Source: a virus
Reading direction: 5' to 3' (one strand)
DNA: 64,000 nt
IMG/VR virus record: IMGVR_UViG_3300012209_000005
Location: 1-64,000 of that record
Position 1 is the stretch's first letter. Every line of letters begins with the position of its first letter. Position numbers and translations under genes: made by a program. The notes under the pieces were generated by a model. It ran no database searches, was not told where the DNA came from, and was given only the letters and a program-made list of their open reading frames with translations. This document shows, piece after piece, positions 54,315-63,981 of the stretch.

Positions 54315-55451
54315 TCACCCTTTCTTCTTCACCCGCTCCGCAAGCTCGGTGACCGCGGGCCCCATGTACTTCTCGGCCACCCGGTCCAGGGCGTAATCCA
54401 GGGCGAAGTCGCGCAGCTTATCCCGGTCGACCGCATCACGGCTCTCGTGCGCCTGCTGAAGGGCGGCGTGAATCTGCCCGATGTAGGGCTTCGTCCACCA
54501 GCCCTTGTGCACCCCGTTCCAGAAAGGCTCGCCGCCCACGTGGAACCCGAGCGGGTTCAGCTCCGTCATCGAGGAGGCATCCGTGGTGATCACCGGGGTA
54601 CCGCACGCCTGGGCCTCGACGATCGGCAGGCCGAAGCCCTCGCCGTAGCTGGTGGCCACCAGCACGTCGCATACCCCGTACCAGTCGGCGATATCCTGCG
54701 GAGACACCAGCCCGCAGGAGTACCGGTACTGGTCGACGACGCGGACCTTATCGACGATGCCGAGGTTCTCGGCGACAGCCTCCAGGTCCTGCCCGCCCTC
54801 GGTGTGGACCCCGGTGTGCAGGGACAGGATGGCTTCCGGGTGGTCCTCGCAGAAGCGGGCGAACGCCAGCATGATCTCGGGGATAGCCTTGCGGATCGCG
54901 TCATTATTCGCCATGTTCGCGCCGATGACGAAGTTGCCGTCGACCCCCAGCGACTCGCGAAGTGCCTTGCGGTCCCCTGGCGGGGAAAACAAGTCGGTGT
55001 CAATCCCGTGCGGGACGTACACCGGGTCGAACCCGGCGTCCCTCATCCGGTCGCGGCCCCACATGCTCATCGCCATCAGCTGCGCCCCGGTGGCATGCAG
55101 GACGCTGCGGTCCGCGAGGGACTGGGGCCGGCAGTCCACCGGGAGCCAGTGGGCTATCGGCAGCTCGCGGATCAGGTTCGGGTCCATTACCCAGATGTCG
55201 CCGAGGGTGATGATCAGGTCCGGCTGGACCATCTGGGCGTGCTGCGACAGCGACGGGGAGCAGTAATTCTGCCCGTACCCGGGCAGGATGGTGATGCCAT
55301 TCCACAGCGTCGGCGCGCCTTGCAGCCCCCAGTAGGTGCTGATCGTTACCTCGTGCCCCATGTCCGCGAGCTTCTGCACCCAATTTGCGGTCTGCATGCC
55401 GTAGCCGGAGGGGGCCCAGGGAACGCACGAATGCCATAGCAATTTGCTCAC
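54315..55451 (-). CDS. glycosyltransferase, GT-B fold (GT4-like)
   Basis: SGYG, VPHGID...F, EGFGLPIVEAQACG.PVI. Confidence 0.92.
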   Translation of the reverse strand: MSKLLWHSCVPWAPSGYGMQTANWVQKLADMGHEVTISTYWGLQGAPTLWNGITILPGYGQNYCSPSLSQHAQMVQPDLIITLGDIWVMDPNLIRELPIAHWLPVDCRPQSLADRSVLHATGAQLMAMSMWGRDRMRDAGFDPVYVPHGIDTDLFSPPGDRKALRESLGVDGNFVIGANMANNDAIRKAIPEIMLAFARFCEDHPEAILSLHTGVHTEGGQDLEAVAENLGIVDKVRVVDQYRYSCGLVSPQDIADWYGVCDVLVATSYGEGFGLPIVEAQACGTPVITTDASSMTELNPLGFHVGGEPFWNGVHKGWWTKPYIGQIHAALQQAHESRDAVDRDKLRDFALDYALDRVAEKYMGPAVTELAERVKKKG

Positions 55452-55487
55452 GCTAGAATTCCGTTCATTCTCATGATTACTCTCCTC

Positions 55488-55577
55488 ATGGACAAGCTCT
55501 GTGAGTGCGGCTGCGGTATGCCATTGGCACCCGTAAAGTACGATCTCGCCGCGGAAAACCGCCGTCGTGCGCAGTGA
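55488..55577 (+). pseudogene. possible endonuclease N-terminal remnant
   Basis: MDKLCECGCG..., 29 aa, antisense to the structural operon. Confidence 0.4.
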
Positions 55578-56155
55578 TCACTTATCCTGGAGCTGCTCGA
55601 TAGCCGCGTTCCTCGCCTGGTCCAGGACGGGCAGCCAGAACACGTGGTCCAGGCTCAGCTCGTCCACCTGGGCAGGCGTCCAGTGATAGGCCTTGGCGAA
55701 ATAGTCGTAGACGAGCATCTGCGTCCCGAAACCCTCCGGGTAATCCGGCTGGAATTCAGCGCGGAACCCATTGAACCGGTAGATGAAAATCTGGGTCAGG
55801 CGGTAGCCGGCTTTTTTGGGTCCGGCAGGTTCCGCCCGGATATAAGCTCCATCAGGGGCTCGACTTCCTTCTCCAGGGCCGCGTAATCCTCCAGGTCCAT
55901 CGCGTCCCCGATCACCATGTCGGCGGCCCGGAAGGAATCGTTGGCTGGAATGGGCACCGGGTAGGACCAGTCGGTGATCACCCGGCCCAGCAGGGCATTG
56001 CGCATATCGTTCTGCATTTCCAGGAACGCGGCCCTGTTCCTGTTCCCGTCGCCGAGTTCCACCGACACCACCGCCTGGACGGCGAAACGGTCACTGGCCT
56101 TCAGCTTGTCGCGGTATTCCACCCAGCCTCCGCTGGGCAGTGATGCTCGTGCCAT
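55578..56155 (-). CDS. tail assembly chaperone (short form 55796-56155; long form via -1 frameshift to 55578)
   Basis: Slippery A AAA AAG at 55817-55811; the -1 frame is open for ~78 codons ending HWTPAQVDEL..QDK*. Confidence 0.85.
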
Positions 56156-56207
56156 GTGCTTCTTCCTTGTCTTTCGCTTATTCGACACAAGTTAGTATCC
56201 CTGGAGT

Positions 56208-56828
56208 ATGATTGACCCCATGGAGTCCTGGTTGCCCGTAGTCGGATTCGAGTCCTACTACGAAGTTTCTGACATCGGTCATGTCCGCAGCCTGCGCACG
56301 GGAAAGATAATGAGCCCGAGCACGAGCAATAGCGGCGGCTATCCCCAGTACATATTCACCGTCGACGGCAAGCGCATCCCGAAATACGCACATCACCTGG
56401 TGCTTGAGGCATTCGACAGTCCCCGCCCTGGAGGGCAGGAGGCACGTCACCTTGACGGCGATGCCGCTAATCCCGCCCTGACGGACCCGGCGGGAAAGCG
56501 GCGGCTCACCTGGGGAACGAGCAGCGAGAACAAGTTCGATGAGGTCCGTCACGGCACGCATTACGAAGCCAGTCGCACGCACTGCGACAACGGGCATGAA
56601 TGGAGCGAGGAAAACACCCGCATCCGGCGTTACCCGGACGGGACGTTCAAGACCCGCTGGTGCATAGAATGTGCCCGCATTCGCTCAGCCGCCGTCCGTG
56701 CGGCACGCATCGAAGACGAACGCCGCTGCACGGAGGACGACTGCGGTAAGCCCTACTTCGGCCGGGGGATGTGCTCTATGCACTACGCACGGTGGCAGAA
56801 GTCACAGAAGATGCAGGGTCTTCAGTGA
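56208..56828 (+). CDS. NUMOD4-HNH homing endonuclease
   Basis: W.PVVGFE..YEVSD.G.VRS, HHLVLEAF..P.P.G...RHLDG...N, L.WGT.SEN, THC.NGH. Confidence 0.92.
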   Translation: MIDPMESWLPVVGFESYYEVSDIGHVRSLRTGKIMSPSTSNSGGYPQYIFTVDGKRIPKYAHHLVLEAFDSPRPGGQEARHLDGDAANPALTDPAGKRRLTWGTSSENKFDEVRHGTHYEASRTHCDNGHEWSEENTRIRRYPDGTFKTRWCIECARIRSAAVRAARIEDERRCTEDDCGKPYFGRGMCSMHYARWQKSQKMQGLQ

Positions 56829-58226
56829 CGGAAGGTCATCGTCAGACCACACGGTGTACGTGGGGATGTTATTCACCAGGGTGATGACCCCCGGGCCGAG
56901 CCCCCCGGACCCGCCGTAGTCGATGTTGTTGGCGATCCCCTCGAAGGTGTTCCCGTACCCGATGAGCGCCTTGCTCCGCATGATCTTGCTCTTGATGTTC
57001 GCCACCTGGCTCGCGGTGAAAGTCAGGGTGAACGGGGTGCCGGCGTTCGGGATGCCGGCGTTCGTCAGCGAGATCGACATCGGGGTCTGCGCGTTGAGCA
57101 GCATCAGGTCCAGCGGGGTCTCGGAGTTCGTCGGGTCCCACTGGATGGTCCCGTCCATGCCCAGCGGCCCCCGGGCGATCACGTACGGGACCTGGGTGCC
57201 GGCGACGATCCAGTAGACCTGGGTCTGGCGCTTGAAAGACACGGAGAACTCGCCGATGCCGGCGTAGTTGCCGGTGGACGCCACCGTGTTGCCCGCGAGG
57301 GTCACCGTCGCCGCCCAGTTGGGGATCGGGCGGCTGTTCGTGGTGATATTCGTCACCGCCGTGCCCGCGACCTGCGACAGCCACGAGTCCCCGGCCATCT
57401 TCAGGTTGAGCAGCTGCTCCGCGTTCCCGGAGAAGTCGATGCTCTTCAGCACCGAGCTGGGGTACATGCGGGCGCCGAAAGTGTTCGTGGGCGCGGTGCC
57501 GAAGGTGGCGTTGGTGAACACGTTGACGATGTTCGTCACGTCGGTGAACGTGTGCGTGGGAGGCTGCGCCCCGTAGGCGCCGCCGTACCCGAGCGGGGAG
57601 TTGAGCGCCGCGAACCGGTGCGTGAACACCGTGCCCGTGGGGGCGACCGTCGACGCGACCGTGGACCCGGCGGCGACCACGCCGTTGATGGACGTCGGGT
57701 GCTGGAAGCGCACCGGGGTGGTGATGAAGTTGACCACGTTGGAGACCGCGGTCGAGGAGACGAGCAGCACCTCATTCGCGTAGCTCGCCGGGGTGTTGCT
57801 GGTGGTCGCCGTCCCCAGCTGGATGTAGCTGCCCGCGCTGAAGCCGGTGGGAGCGGAGGCGAGCGTGAACTGGGTCGCCCCCACCTGGACGGTCCCGCTG
57901 ACCGTCTGCGCACCGCCGATGGCGTTGCAGGTGGTGGACATATCCCCGAAAACATTGTCGAAAAAGTACCCGTGGCTGTCCAGGAAGTTGGGACCCCCGA
58001 ACGAGAACGTGGCGCTTTCCACGCCGAGCGTCTCGTAGAACAGGTCCGTCATCGCGCCCCTGATCGCGTTGTCCTTCAGGAACTTAGGCGTGTCCTCAGG
58101 CTCGAAGGAGCCCTGCTCCAGGGGGTGCGTGATGACAGGGACAAGGGGGGTCCCCACCGTCAGCTCGCGCGAAAGCCCCAGCCAGCTGAGTACGCCCGGG
58201 TAAATGGAAGGTCCGCCGAGAGCCAC
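56802..58226 (-). CDS. major tail (tube) protein
   Basis: Position between tail terminator and chaperone; WLGL.RE...GT beta-rich protein. Confidence 0.8.
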   Translation of the reverse strand: MALGGPSIYPGVLSWLGLSRELTVGTPLVPVITHPLEQGSFEPEDTPKFLKDNAIRGAMTDLFYETLGVESATFSFGGPNFLDSHGYFFDNVFGDMSTTCNAIGGAQTVSGTVQVGATQFTLASAPTGFSAGSYIQLGTATTSNTPASYANEVLLVSSTAVSNVVNFITTPVRFQHPTSINGVVAAGSTVASTVAPTGTVFTHRFAALNSPLGYGGAYGAQPPTHTFTDVTNIVNVFTNATFGTAPTNTFGARMYPSSVLKSIDFSGNAEQLLNLKMAGDSWLSQVAGTAVTNITTNSRPIPNWAATVTLAGNTVASTGNYAGIGEFSVSFKRQTQVYWIVAGTQVPYVIARGPLGMDGTIQWDPTNSETPLDLMLLNAQTPMSISLTNAGIPNAGTPFTLTFTASQVANIKSKIMRSKALIGYGNTFEGIANNIDYGGSGGLGPGVITLVNNIPTYTVWSDDDLPSLKTLHLL

Positions 58227-58235
58227 ATGCTCCTT

Positions 58236-58751
58236 TTACGCTCTGAAGATTTCCCAGCAACTGACTTTGATAAGGCAGTCGTAACGCTTTTCCCGCTCAT
58301 CCGCGGTTGACTTGAGCCCCGTCACGTAGTGCATATTCTCGCCCACGTTGTAAATCTCGGAGACAAGCCCGGAGTTGGGGTCCGTGATCGTGACCGGGTT
58401 CGGGTGCGAGAACCGCAGCGCGTACATCGCCGCGTCCACCATCCCGGGGAAGATGGGGTCCTGCTGGGTCCCGCTCCCGGTGGAAAACCAGGTCAGGTAC
58501 ACGTCCATGAAGTGCATCATGCCCTTGGTGCCGGAACTCGTATTCGGCCCGGTGTTCCTCGGGATGGTCCCGCCCAGGTCGCCGGAGCGGTTTTCCTCGC
58601 CGTCCGCCGGCCAGATGTAAATATGCGGGACTTTAGCCTGGATGTTAGGGTCGGGCGGCGTGATATACGCCCTCGCGTTCGCCTTGCCGTAGGGCATCGG
58701 CAGCTGGTCCAGGATGCTGAGCAGGAAAGCCTGCGCCGTCACCAGGGGCAC
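58236..58751 (-). CDS. putative tail terminator
   Basis: Size and synteny. Confidence 0.6.
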   Translation of the reverse strand: MPLVTAQAFLLSILDQLPMPYGKANARAYITPPDPNIQAKVPHIYIWPADGEENRSGDLGGTIPRNTGPNTSSGTKGMMHFMDVYLTWFSTGSGTQQDPIFPGMVDAAMYALRFSHPNPVTITDPNSGLVSEIYNVGENMHYVTGLKSTADEREKRYDCLIKVSCWEIFRA

Positions 58752-58796
58752 GGCAGACTCCTCCCTATGCCCATTTTACTGGCTTTGAATTCAAAA

Positions 58797-59321
58797 TCAA
58801 GGCCCGTACGAGCGGATGCGGGCCTGCTGGGCAGCCAGCTCGCGCAATGCCTGCGCGACCCGCTGGGCCCGCGACGCCCGCTGCGCGGTCAGCGTCACCG
58901 CCGATGTGGAGAAGGTGCTCTTCGGCTGCGTGGAGATGGTGCCGCGCTTATGCAGCTGGCAGGCCCGCCGGTGGGCCGCCGCCGTCCGCCGGGCCGTGGC
59001 CCTCGCGGTCGCCGAGGCATGCGCCCTGGCGGTGGCTTTCGCGTGCGCGCTGGCGGTCGCCCTGGCGTGCGCGCGGGCCGTCGCCCTGGCGTGCGCGCTG
59101 GCGGTCGCCCGCGCCTTCAGGCTCGCCGCGCTGCGGTGCTTCTTCACGGTCCTGGCCACCGGGCGCCGCTTAGGTGCGTGCTTGACGCGGTGGGCGGCCC
59201 TGCGGGCTTTCTTCGCCTTCCGCGCCGTCGTGCGGGTGACCGCCCGCGCCCGCCTGGCATGAGAGGCGACCCGGGTCGCGGTTTTCGCCTGCCGCCGGGT
59301 CGTCGTGGTACCGCAGGACAT
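58797..59321 (-). CDS. highly basic Ala/Arg/Lys-rich histone-like protein
   Basis: GGAGGT RBS; 8-aa repeats ATA(S/R)AHA(R/K); almost no acidic residues. Confidence 0.7.
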   Translation of the reverse strand: MSCGTTTTRRQAKTATRVASHARRARAVTRTTARKAKKARRAAHRVKHAPKRRPVARTVKKHRSAASLKARATASAHARATARAHARATASAHAKATARAHASATARATARRTAAAHRRACQLHKRGTISTQPKSTFSTSAVTLTAQRASRAQRVAQALRELAAQQARIRSYGP

Positions 59322-59430
59322 GCGACCTCCGGTATAGTTGAGTCAAGCCCGCCTGCCTGGCGTGAGGACAGGTCACTTTTCACCACGGGATCTCGGAGTT
59401 GAACCTTGATCCCCGCCGGCGCAGGCGGGC

Positions 59431-60414
59431 CTAGACTGTCCGCCGGAACGGGTGCAGCAGAAGCTCCGCCTCGGAGTTCAGGGATTCCACGTCGCCCCCG
59501 GTGTGCTGGGAGTGCCCGCTGATGTCGTGGATGGTCGTCGTGGTCGCGCCCCGGACGAGGGCTTCGGCGGTGCAGAAAAGGATGCACGCCTGCTCGATGG
59601 TCCCGGGCATGGTGGTGAAAATGGTGCCCTGCTCATGCGGGTAGACCAGCGGCGAGGACAGGGACACCGTTCCCGGGCCGGCGGTCGTCGTGCTCGCGGT
59701 CACGTGCACCGTCTCCTGCAAACCCGAGTCTTTCACCACCCCGGTGGCCCCCAGCTGCCCGGAGTAGCTGGTTGAGGCCCAGCCGGTGGTATCATCCAGG
59801 ACGAGGGTCACGGAGCCCGCCGTGGCATTCTGGGCGATCTCCGCGTGCGGCCAGCCGTTCGTGTAGGTGATCTGCACCGCGAAGCCGTTGCGCCCGTTCC
59901 CGCGGGTGACCCACCCGGGGGCGATGATCACCGCCTGCCCGCCGAAGGCGCTCCCCGAGGGGACGTTGGAGCCGTAAATCCCGATCGGGGGAACCTCGGG
60001 CTCGTAATTGCCGGCGGGAACCGTCTGCCACTGGCGCGGCCAGGCCGCGTTCGGGGACACCTGCACTTGCGAGATGCTCAGGACCGGCCACCGTGCCATA
60101 ATCGCGCGGGCATTGTAGACGCCCTGCCCCCAGTAGGGCCCCGCCACCCCGCCGCCGGCGCCAGGGCCCACAGTCAGCCGGTAGTCGGGCCCGTGCAGAA
60201 GCTCGGTGTCGGTGGTGGCGCGGAGGACCTGGTTGCAGTAGGCATCCGCTTTCGCCGTCGCCCGCTGGCACATGTTCCACCACTCGGCGGCATTCTGCGC
60301 GGGGGTCACGTCGTCCCCGGGGGGGATGCTCGCCCAGTCGATGCCCGTGGGCGCGGTGATCAGCGTGACGGGGGAAATGTACGGCGCGCCGATGACGGGC
60401 ATCGGGGTCGTCAC
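59431..60414 (-). CDS. head-to-tail adaptor
   Basis: RAT..AD.YCNQ.L, ITYTNGW, P..IEQAC, AE.LL.PFRR. Confidence 0.75.
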   Translation of the reverse strand: MTTPMPVIGAPYISPVTLITAPTGIDWASIPPGDDVTPAQNAAEWWNMCQRATAKADAYCNQVLRATTDTELLHGPDYRLTVGPGAGGGVAGPYWGQGVYNARAIMARWPVLSISQVQVSPNAAWPRQWQTVPAGNYEPEVPPIGIYGSNVPSGSAFGGQAVIIAPGWVTRGNGRNGFAVQITYTNGWPHAEIAQNATAGSVTLVLDDTTGWASTSYSGQLGATGVVKDSGLQETVHVTASTTTAGPGTVSLSSPLVYPHEQGTIFTTMPGTIEQACILFCTAEALVRGATTTTIHDISGHSQHTGGDVESLNSEAELLLHPFRRTV

Positions 60415-60420
60415 CGGGCA

Positions 60421-60633
60421 TCACCTCCCCTCGGGAGCATTCTGGCGGCGGATGCAGCGGTGGCACAGGTAGCCCCCGCGCCCTTCGTCTTCCTCGGCAA
60501 TCCAGTCGCTGTGCTTTGGATAGCACACGTCATCACCGCAGCGCACGCACTGCCCGGCGGGAGCTGCCGTCCTGGCAGCGCGTCCCCTGCGGGGTCCGCC
60601 GCAACTCCTGCACAGTCCGGGCGCTCTGCTCAC
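60421..60633 (-). CDS. small Zn-finger protein
   Basis: CRSC, CVRC....C..H, C.RC. Confidence 0.5.
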   Translation of the reverse strand: MSRAPGLCRSCGGPRRGRAARTAAPAGQCVRCGDDVCYPKHSDWIAEEDEGRGGYLCHRCIRRQNAPEGR

Positions 60634-60643
60634 GGGGGGGCTC

Positions 60644-61378
60644 CTACATGGTGGTGAGCCTCTCGATGACCTGCGCCTTCGTGCCCTTGTCGGAGACGCC
60701 GCGGGTGCGGGCCATCTTCTTCAGGGTGGCGATGTGCAGGGTGCCGAGGGGCAGGGGGGGAAGCGCAGCTTCGCTACCCGGGGTCTCGATGACGCCACCC
60801 TCGTTTTCAGGAAGGGGCAGGGACAGGTCTTCGGCAGCGCCGATCGCGGCAGCCGTATCCCGCTGCATCATGGGCATCCCGCATTCGCCGCAGAACTTGA
60901 CGCCCCCCGGGTTGTCGTGCCCGTTCGCGCAGATGGTGGTGCCCTTGATGATGCGCTGGTCGAAGTTCTGGCTGAGCAGCCAGAAAGCCTCGTCGGGGAT
61001 TTTCAGCCCCGCGGACTGCAGTGCCGCCAGCGCGGAAAGCTGCTGCAGCTGCTGGGAACCGCGCTCGGCGCGGACCTTGTTGACATGCTGCTCGTCCGGG
61101 GTCGCCGGGATGCCCTCGGGGGTACTCGACCAGTGCGGGTCGGAGTCCGCGACATGCTCCATGCGCGAGGGGATGCCCTGGTCCTTGTCCCCGGGGATCA
61201 CCTTGATGATCCGGGGCTTCCCGTCACCGCGCAGGTACGATTCGCAGGGGTCGCAATCCAGTTTCCAGACTTTCGCCGGGGCTCCCCGGGTCACGGGTCG
61301 GGAGTGGACATTGCCACACCCTCCGCTCCCCCCGGGAATGGAAACGCTCATCAGGTCTGAGCGTGCGTACAGGGACAT
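60644..61378 (-). CDS. hypothetical protein with Zn ribbon and C-terminal SAP domain
   Basis: C.NGH.N....KFCGECG; LHIATLKKMARTRGVSDKGTKAQVIERL. Confidence 0.7.
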   Translation of the reverse strand: MSLYARSDLMSVSIPGGSGGCGNVHSRPVTRGAPAKVWKLDCDPCESYLRGDGKPRIIKVIPGDKDQGIPSRMEHVADSDPHWSSTPEGIPATPDEQHVNKVRAERGSQQLQQLSALAALQSAGLKIPDEAFWLLSQNFDQRIIKGTTICANGHDNPGGVKFCGECGMPMMQRDTAAAIGAAEDLSLPLPENEGGVIETPGSEAALPPLPLGTLHIATLKKMARTRGVSDKGTKAQVIERLTTM

Positions 61379-61493
61379 GCGCTTCTCCTTGCTGATTTGC
61401 CCCCGGCGACCGCCGGGAGGTAGACTGGGGAATCCGCTGGTTACTCACACTCGCTGGCGGAAAGCCCGGGGTGATCGTTCCGCCACTTTCCGG

Positions 61494-61844
61494 TCACTCC
61501 GGGCTGCTCATCACGGTGGCGAACTCCGGGAACATGTCCTCCATGGTGACCTGGCGGGATTCCATCTCGGACTCCAGCACGGTCTGCGCTCCGCAGCACT
61601 CGCGCTTCCACGGGTGCCACAGCTTGTTGCAGGTCACGCACCAGCGACCCTGCTTTTTAGGATCGCGGATGAACTGCTTCTCCGGGCCGGCGTCCACAAG
61701 CCCCGCGGACGCGTACTGCTGTGCCCGCAGCGCGGGAATGTGGCGCTCGTCCACGTCCACGTGCGTTCCCGGCTTCGCCATGTACCGGGTCCCGTCCTGC
61801 GCTTTGAAGCCGAGGCACCCGGGCGGCAGGTTCACTCTGGTCAT
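61494..61844 (-). CDS. hypothetical protein with Zn ribbon
   Basis: 116 aa, CVTC...CCG. Confidence 0.65.
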   Translation of the reverse strand: MTRVNLPPGCLGFKAQDGTRYMAKPGTHVDVDERHIPALRAQQYASAGLVDAGPEKQFIRDPKKQGRWCVTCNKLWHPWKRECCGAQTVLESEMESRQVTMEDMFPEFATVMSSPE

Positions 61845-61857
61845 CTGTCCCCTATCC

Positions 61858-62139
61858 TCAGTTCGTCGAGCTGACGAAGTAGCAGAAGGTGGCGGCGGTG
61901 GCGTTGCCGGTGGTGGCGTAGTAGGTGACCCCCCCGCTGCCTACCGCTGTTTCAGTGAACACCGGGGTAGCGGTGACAGGCAGCCCGCTGGTCGCGGTCA
62001 CCCGGGCATTGGTCCCCACGAACACGGGCTGGGCCTGGCTCGGCTGGTAGAGGGTCACGTTGCAGTAGCCCGGGGGGACAGTGAACCCGGGAACCGTGCT
62101 ATTGCCCGGGACCGTCACCGTGCCCATGATGTAGGACAC
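61858..62139 (-). CDS. small beta-rich virion protein (paralog A)
   Basis: 93 aa, similar to the adjacent gene. Confidence 0.7.
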   Translation of the reverse strand: MSYIMGTVTVPGNSTVPGFTVPPGYCNVTLYQPSQAQPVFVGTNARVTATSGLPVTATPVFTETAVGSGGVTYYATTGNATAATFCYFVSSTN

Positions 62140-62140
62140 A

Positions 62141-62422
62141 TCAGGCCTGGGCGGTGACGATGATGAAGTTGACGGACGCGGGCGTCGCCGCCGTGTTAGC
62201 CCCCCAGAAAGTCCCGCCCGAGCTGGACACGTAATTGACGAAGCTCGTCGGGATCGAATGGCACTGCAGCCCAGAAACCGCGCTCACCTTGTTGCTGGTC
62301 CCGACGAAGACGGTCGGCACGGACAAGCTGTAAAAGGTCACGTTGCACAGCCCCGACGGGACGGTGAACAGCGGCACCGTGCTCGTAGTAGGCACAGTCG
62401 CCTGCCCCATCACATAAGTCAC
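62141..62422 (-). CDS. small beta-rich virion protein (paralog B)
   Basis: 93 aa; shared Y.MG..TVP..STVP.FTVP.G.CNVT.Y. Confidence 0.7.
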   Translation of the reverse strand: MTYVMGQATVPTTSTVPLFTVPSGLCNVTFYSLSVPTVFVGTSNKVSAVSGLQCHSIPTSFVNYVSSSGGTFWGANTAATPASVNFIIVTAQA

Positions 62423-62431
62423 ACGCCTCCG

Positions 62432-63145
62432 TTAAAACTGCTCGCGGACCCACCGGGCATCCGCATTGAACTCCCGGCGCAGCCGGGACACCTGCATGGG
62501 CATGATCACCTTGTGCCAGTACTGCCAGGCCTGGTAGTCGGACTGGCCCCAGGTGCTCTCCGCGTACCGGTACGTCTGGTCCCGCTCCACGTTCTTGTTC
62601 ACCTGGTAGTGCAGGTGCTCGAAAACCACGTCATCGTAGAAGCGGAAAAGCCCGGGGATGGCGCGCCTGCCCAGCTCCGCCCACACGTTGTCCACGTAAT
62701 AGTGGTCCATGGTGGGCTCCATGAAATGCCCGAGCGCGGTGACGATATCGGAGGATATGATGATGCTCTCCGGGATGTCCGTGCGGCGCTTATCGTCCCC
62801 GTAGATCATTCCCGTGCCGCCCATGGCCTCCAGCCGGGAGAGCATGATCGTATCCCAGTGCGGGGTGGTGAACAGGTGGTCGTCCCCGATGTACATGAGC
62901 GCGTCGTAAGCCCCGGCCATCGCCGCCGCCAGGTGGTTGACTTTCTCGCGCACGCACCCCGGGGGGTCGAGCACCGGGTGCAGCGCATCCCCCCAGTCCA
63001 TGCCCGCGTACGTGTCCTCGTCATCGGAGTCGAGGATGAAAGCGTGATCCGCCGAGTCCGTGTTCTCGCGGAAAGACTTGGCCATCCGCTCGCAGTTCTC
63101 GCGCCGCCACCTCGTCGGGGTCATGACCAGCAGGGAAAGAGTCAT
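62432..63145 (-). CDS. glycosyltransferase, GT-A fold (GT2-like)
   Basis: V.TPTR.R, D.DD, YIGDDH, WD, HYYVDN.W, EHLH. Confidence 0.82.
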   Translation of the reverse strand: MTLSLLVMTPTRWRRENCERMAKSFRENTDSADHAFILDSDDEDTYAGMDWGDALHPVLDPPGCVREKVNHLAAAMAGAYDALMYIGDDHLFTTPHWDTIMLSRLEAMGGTGMIYGDDKRRTDIPESIIISSDIVTALGHFMEPTMDHYYVDNVWAELGRRAIPGLFRFYDDVVFEHLHYQVNKNVERDQTYRYAESTWGQSDYQAWQYWHKVIMPMQVSRLRREFNADARWVREQF

Positions 63146-63981
63146 TGCAGTTGCAGTCCTTTCCTGATTCCCTCTTCGAGCGTGATCGCGGGAGAGTAGA
63201 ACTCCCGCAGCCTTCCCGGGTTCCCCACCCGCCAGGCGAGCCCCTCGGGCCTGCCTTGCAGGCATTCGGTTCCCGGGGAGTAGCCTGCTTCCGCCGCCAT
63301 CATCGTGATAAGCTCCCGCAGGCTCACCGGGCGCCCGGTGCACATGTTGACGGGGCCGTCCACGCCCGCGCCTGCCATCGCGAGAATCGCGGCAGCCACG
63401 TCATCGACATGGATGAAGTCGCGCACCTGGCTCCCGGACCCCCAGATGGTCACCGGGTCCCTGCGCTGGCGGACTTGCATCGCGATGTTGGCGAACGGGA
63501 ACACCAGCTTCTGCCCCTCCCCGTACACGGTGAAAGGACGGGGAACCGACACCGGGACAGACGACCGTGAGGCCAGCATTTCCCCGGTGAGCTTAGCCCA
63601 CCCGTAAAGCTCGTCCGGAGCCCAGGTATCCGTCAGGTCTATATCGTTCTCGCAAAGGGCATACGGGGCTCTCTGGAGCCCTACGGGGTATGCTGCGACC
63701 GAGGAGACGTAGACGATCCTGCCCGGACGGGTGCGCTCCGCCCAGCCGAAGAGCGCCGCGTCGATTTCCAGGTTCTCCGCGTGAGCCATCGGGGACTCGA
63801 TGAGGACGCGCCCCCCGACCACGGCGGCGCAGTGAATCACCAGGTCGAAGCGGGTCCTGTCCTGGCGGAAGAAATCCCGGGCGTCACGGGCATGGTCAAC
63901 CCCGGTGACGTCGCAGTCAGCCAGCCGCCCGAGTACCCGGGTGGCGATGAAACCGGCGCTGCCGGTGACGAGGACCCTCAT
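63142..63981 (-). CDS. NAD-dependent sugar-nucleotide epimerase/dehydratase
   Basis: LVTGSAGFI, HCAA, SS.A.Y, YGWAK, RDFIHVDD. Confidence 0.92.
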   Translation of the reverse strand: MRVLVTGSAGFIATRVLGRLADCDVTGVDHARDARDFFRQDRTRFDLVIHCAAVVGGRVLIESPMAHAENLEIDAALFGWAERTRPGRIVYVSSVAAYPVGLQRAPYALCENDIDLTDTWAPDELYGWAKLTGEMLASRSSVPVSVPRPFTVYGEGQKLVFPFANIAMQVRQRRDPVTIWGSGSQVRDFIHVDDVAAAILAMAGAGVDGPVNMCTGRPVSLRELITMMAAEAGYSPGTECLQGRPEGLAWRVGNPGRLREFYSPAITLEEGIRKGLQLQ

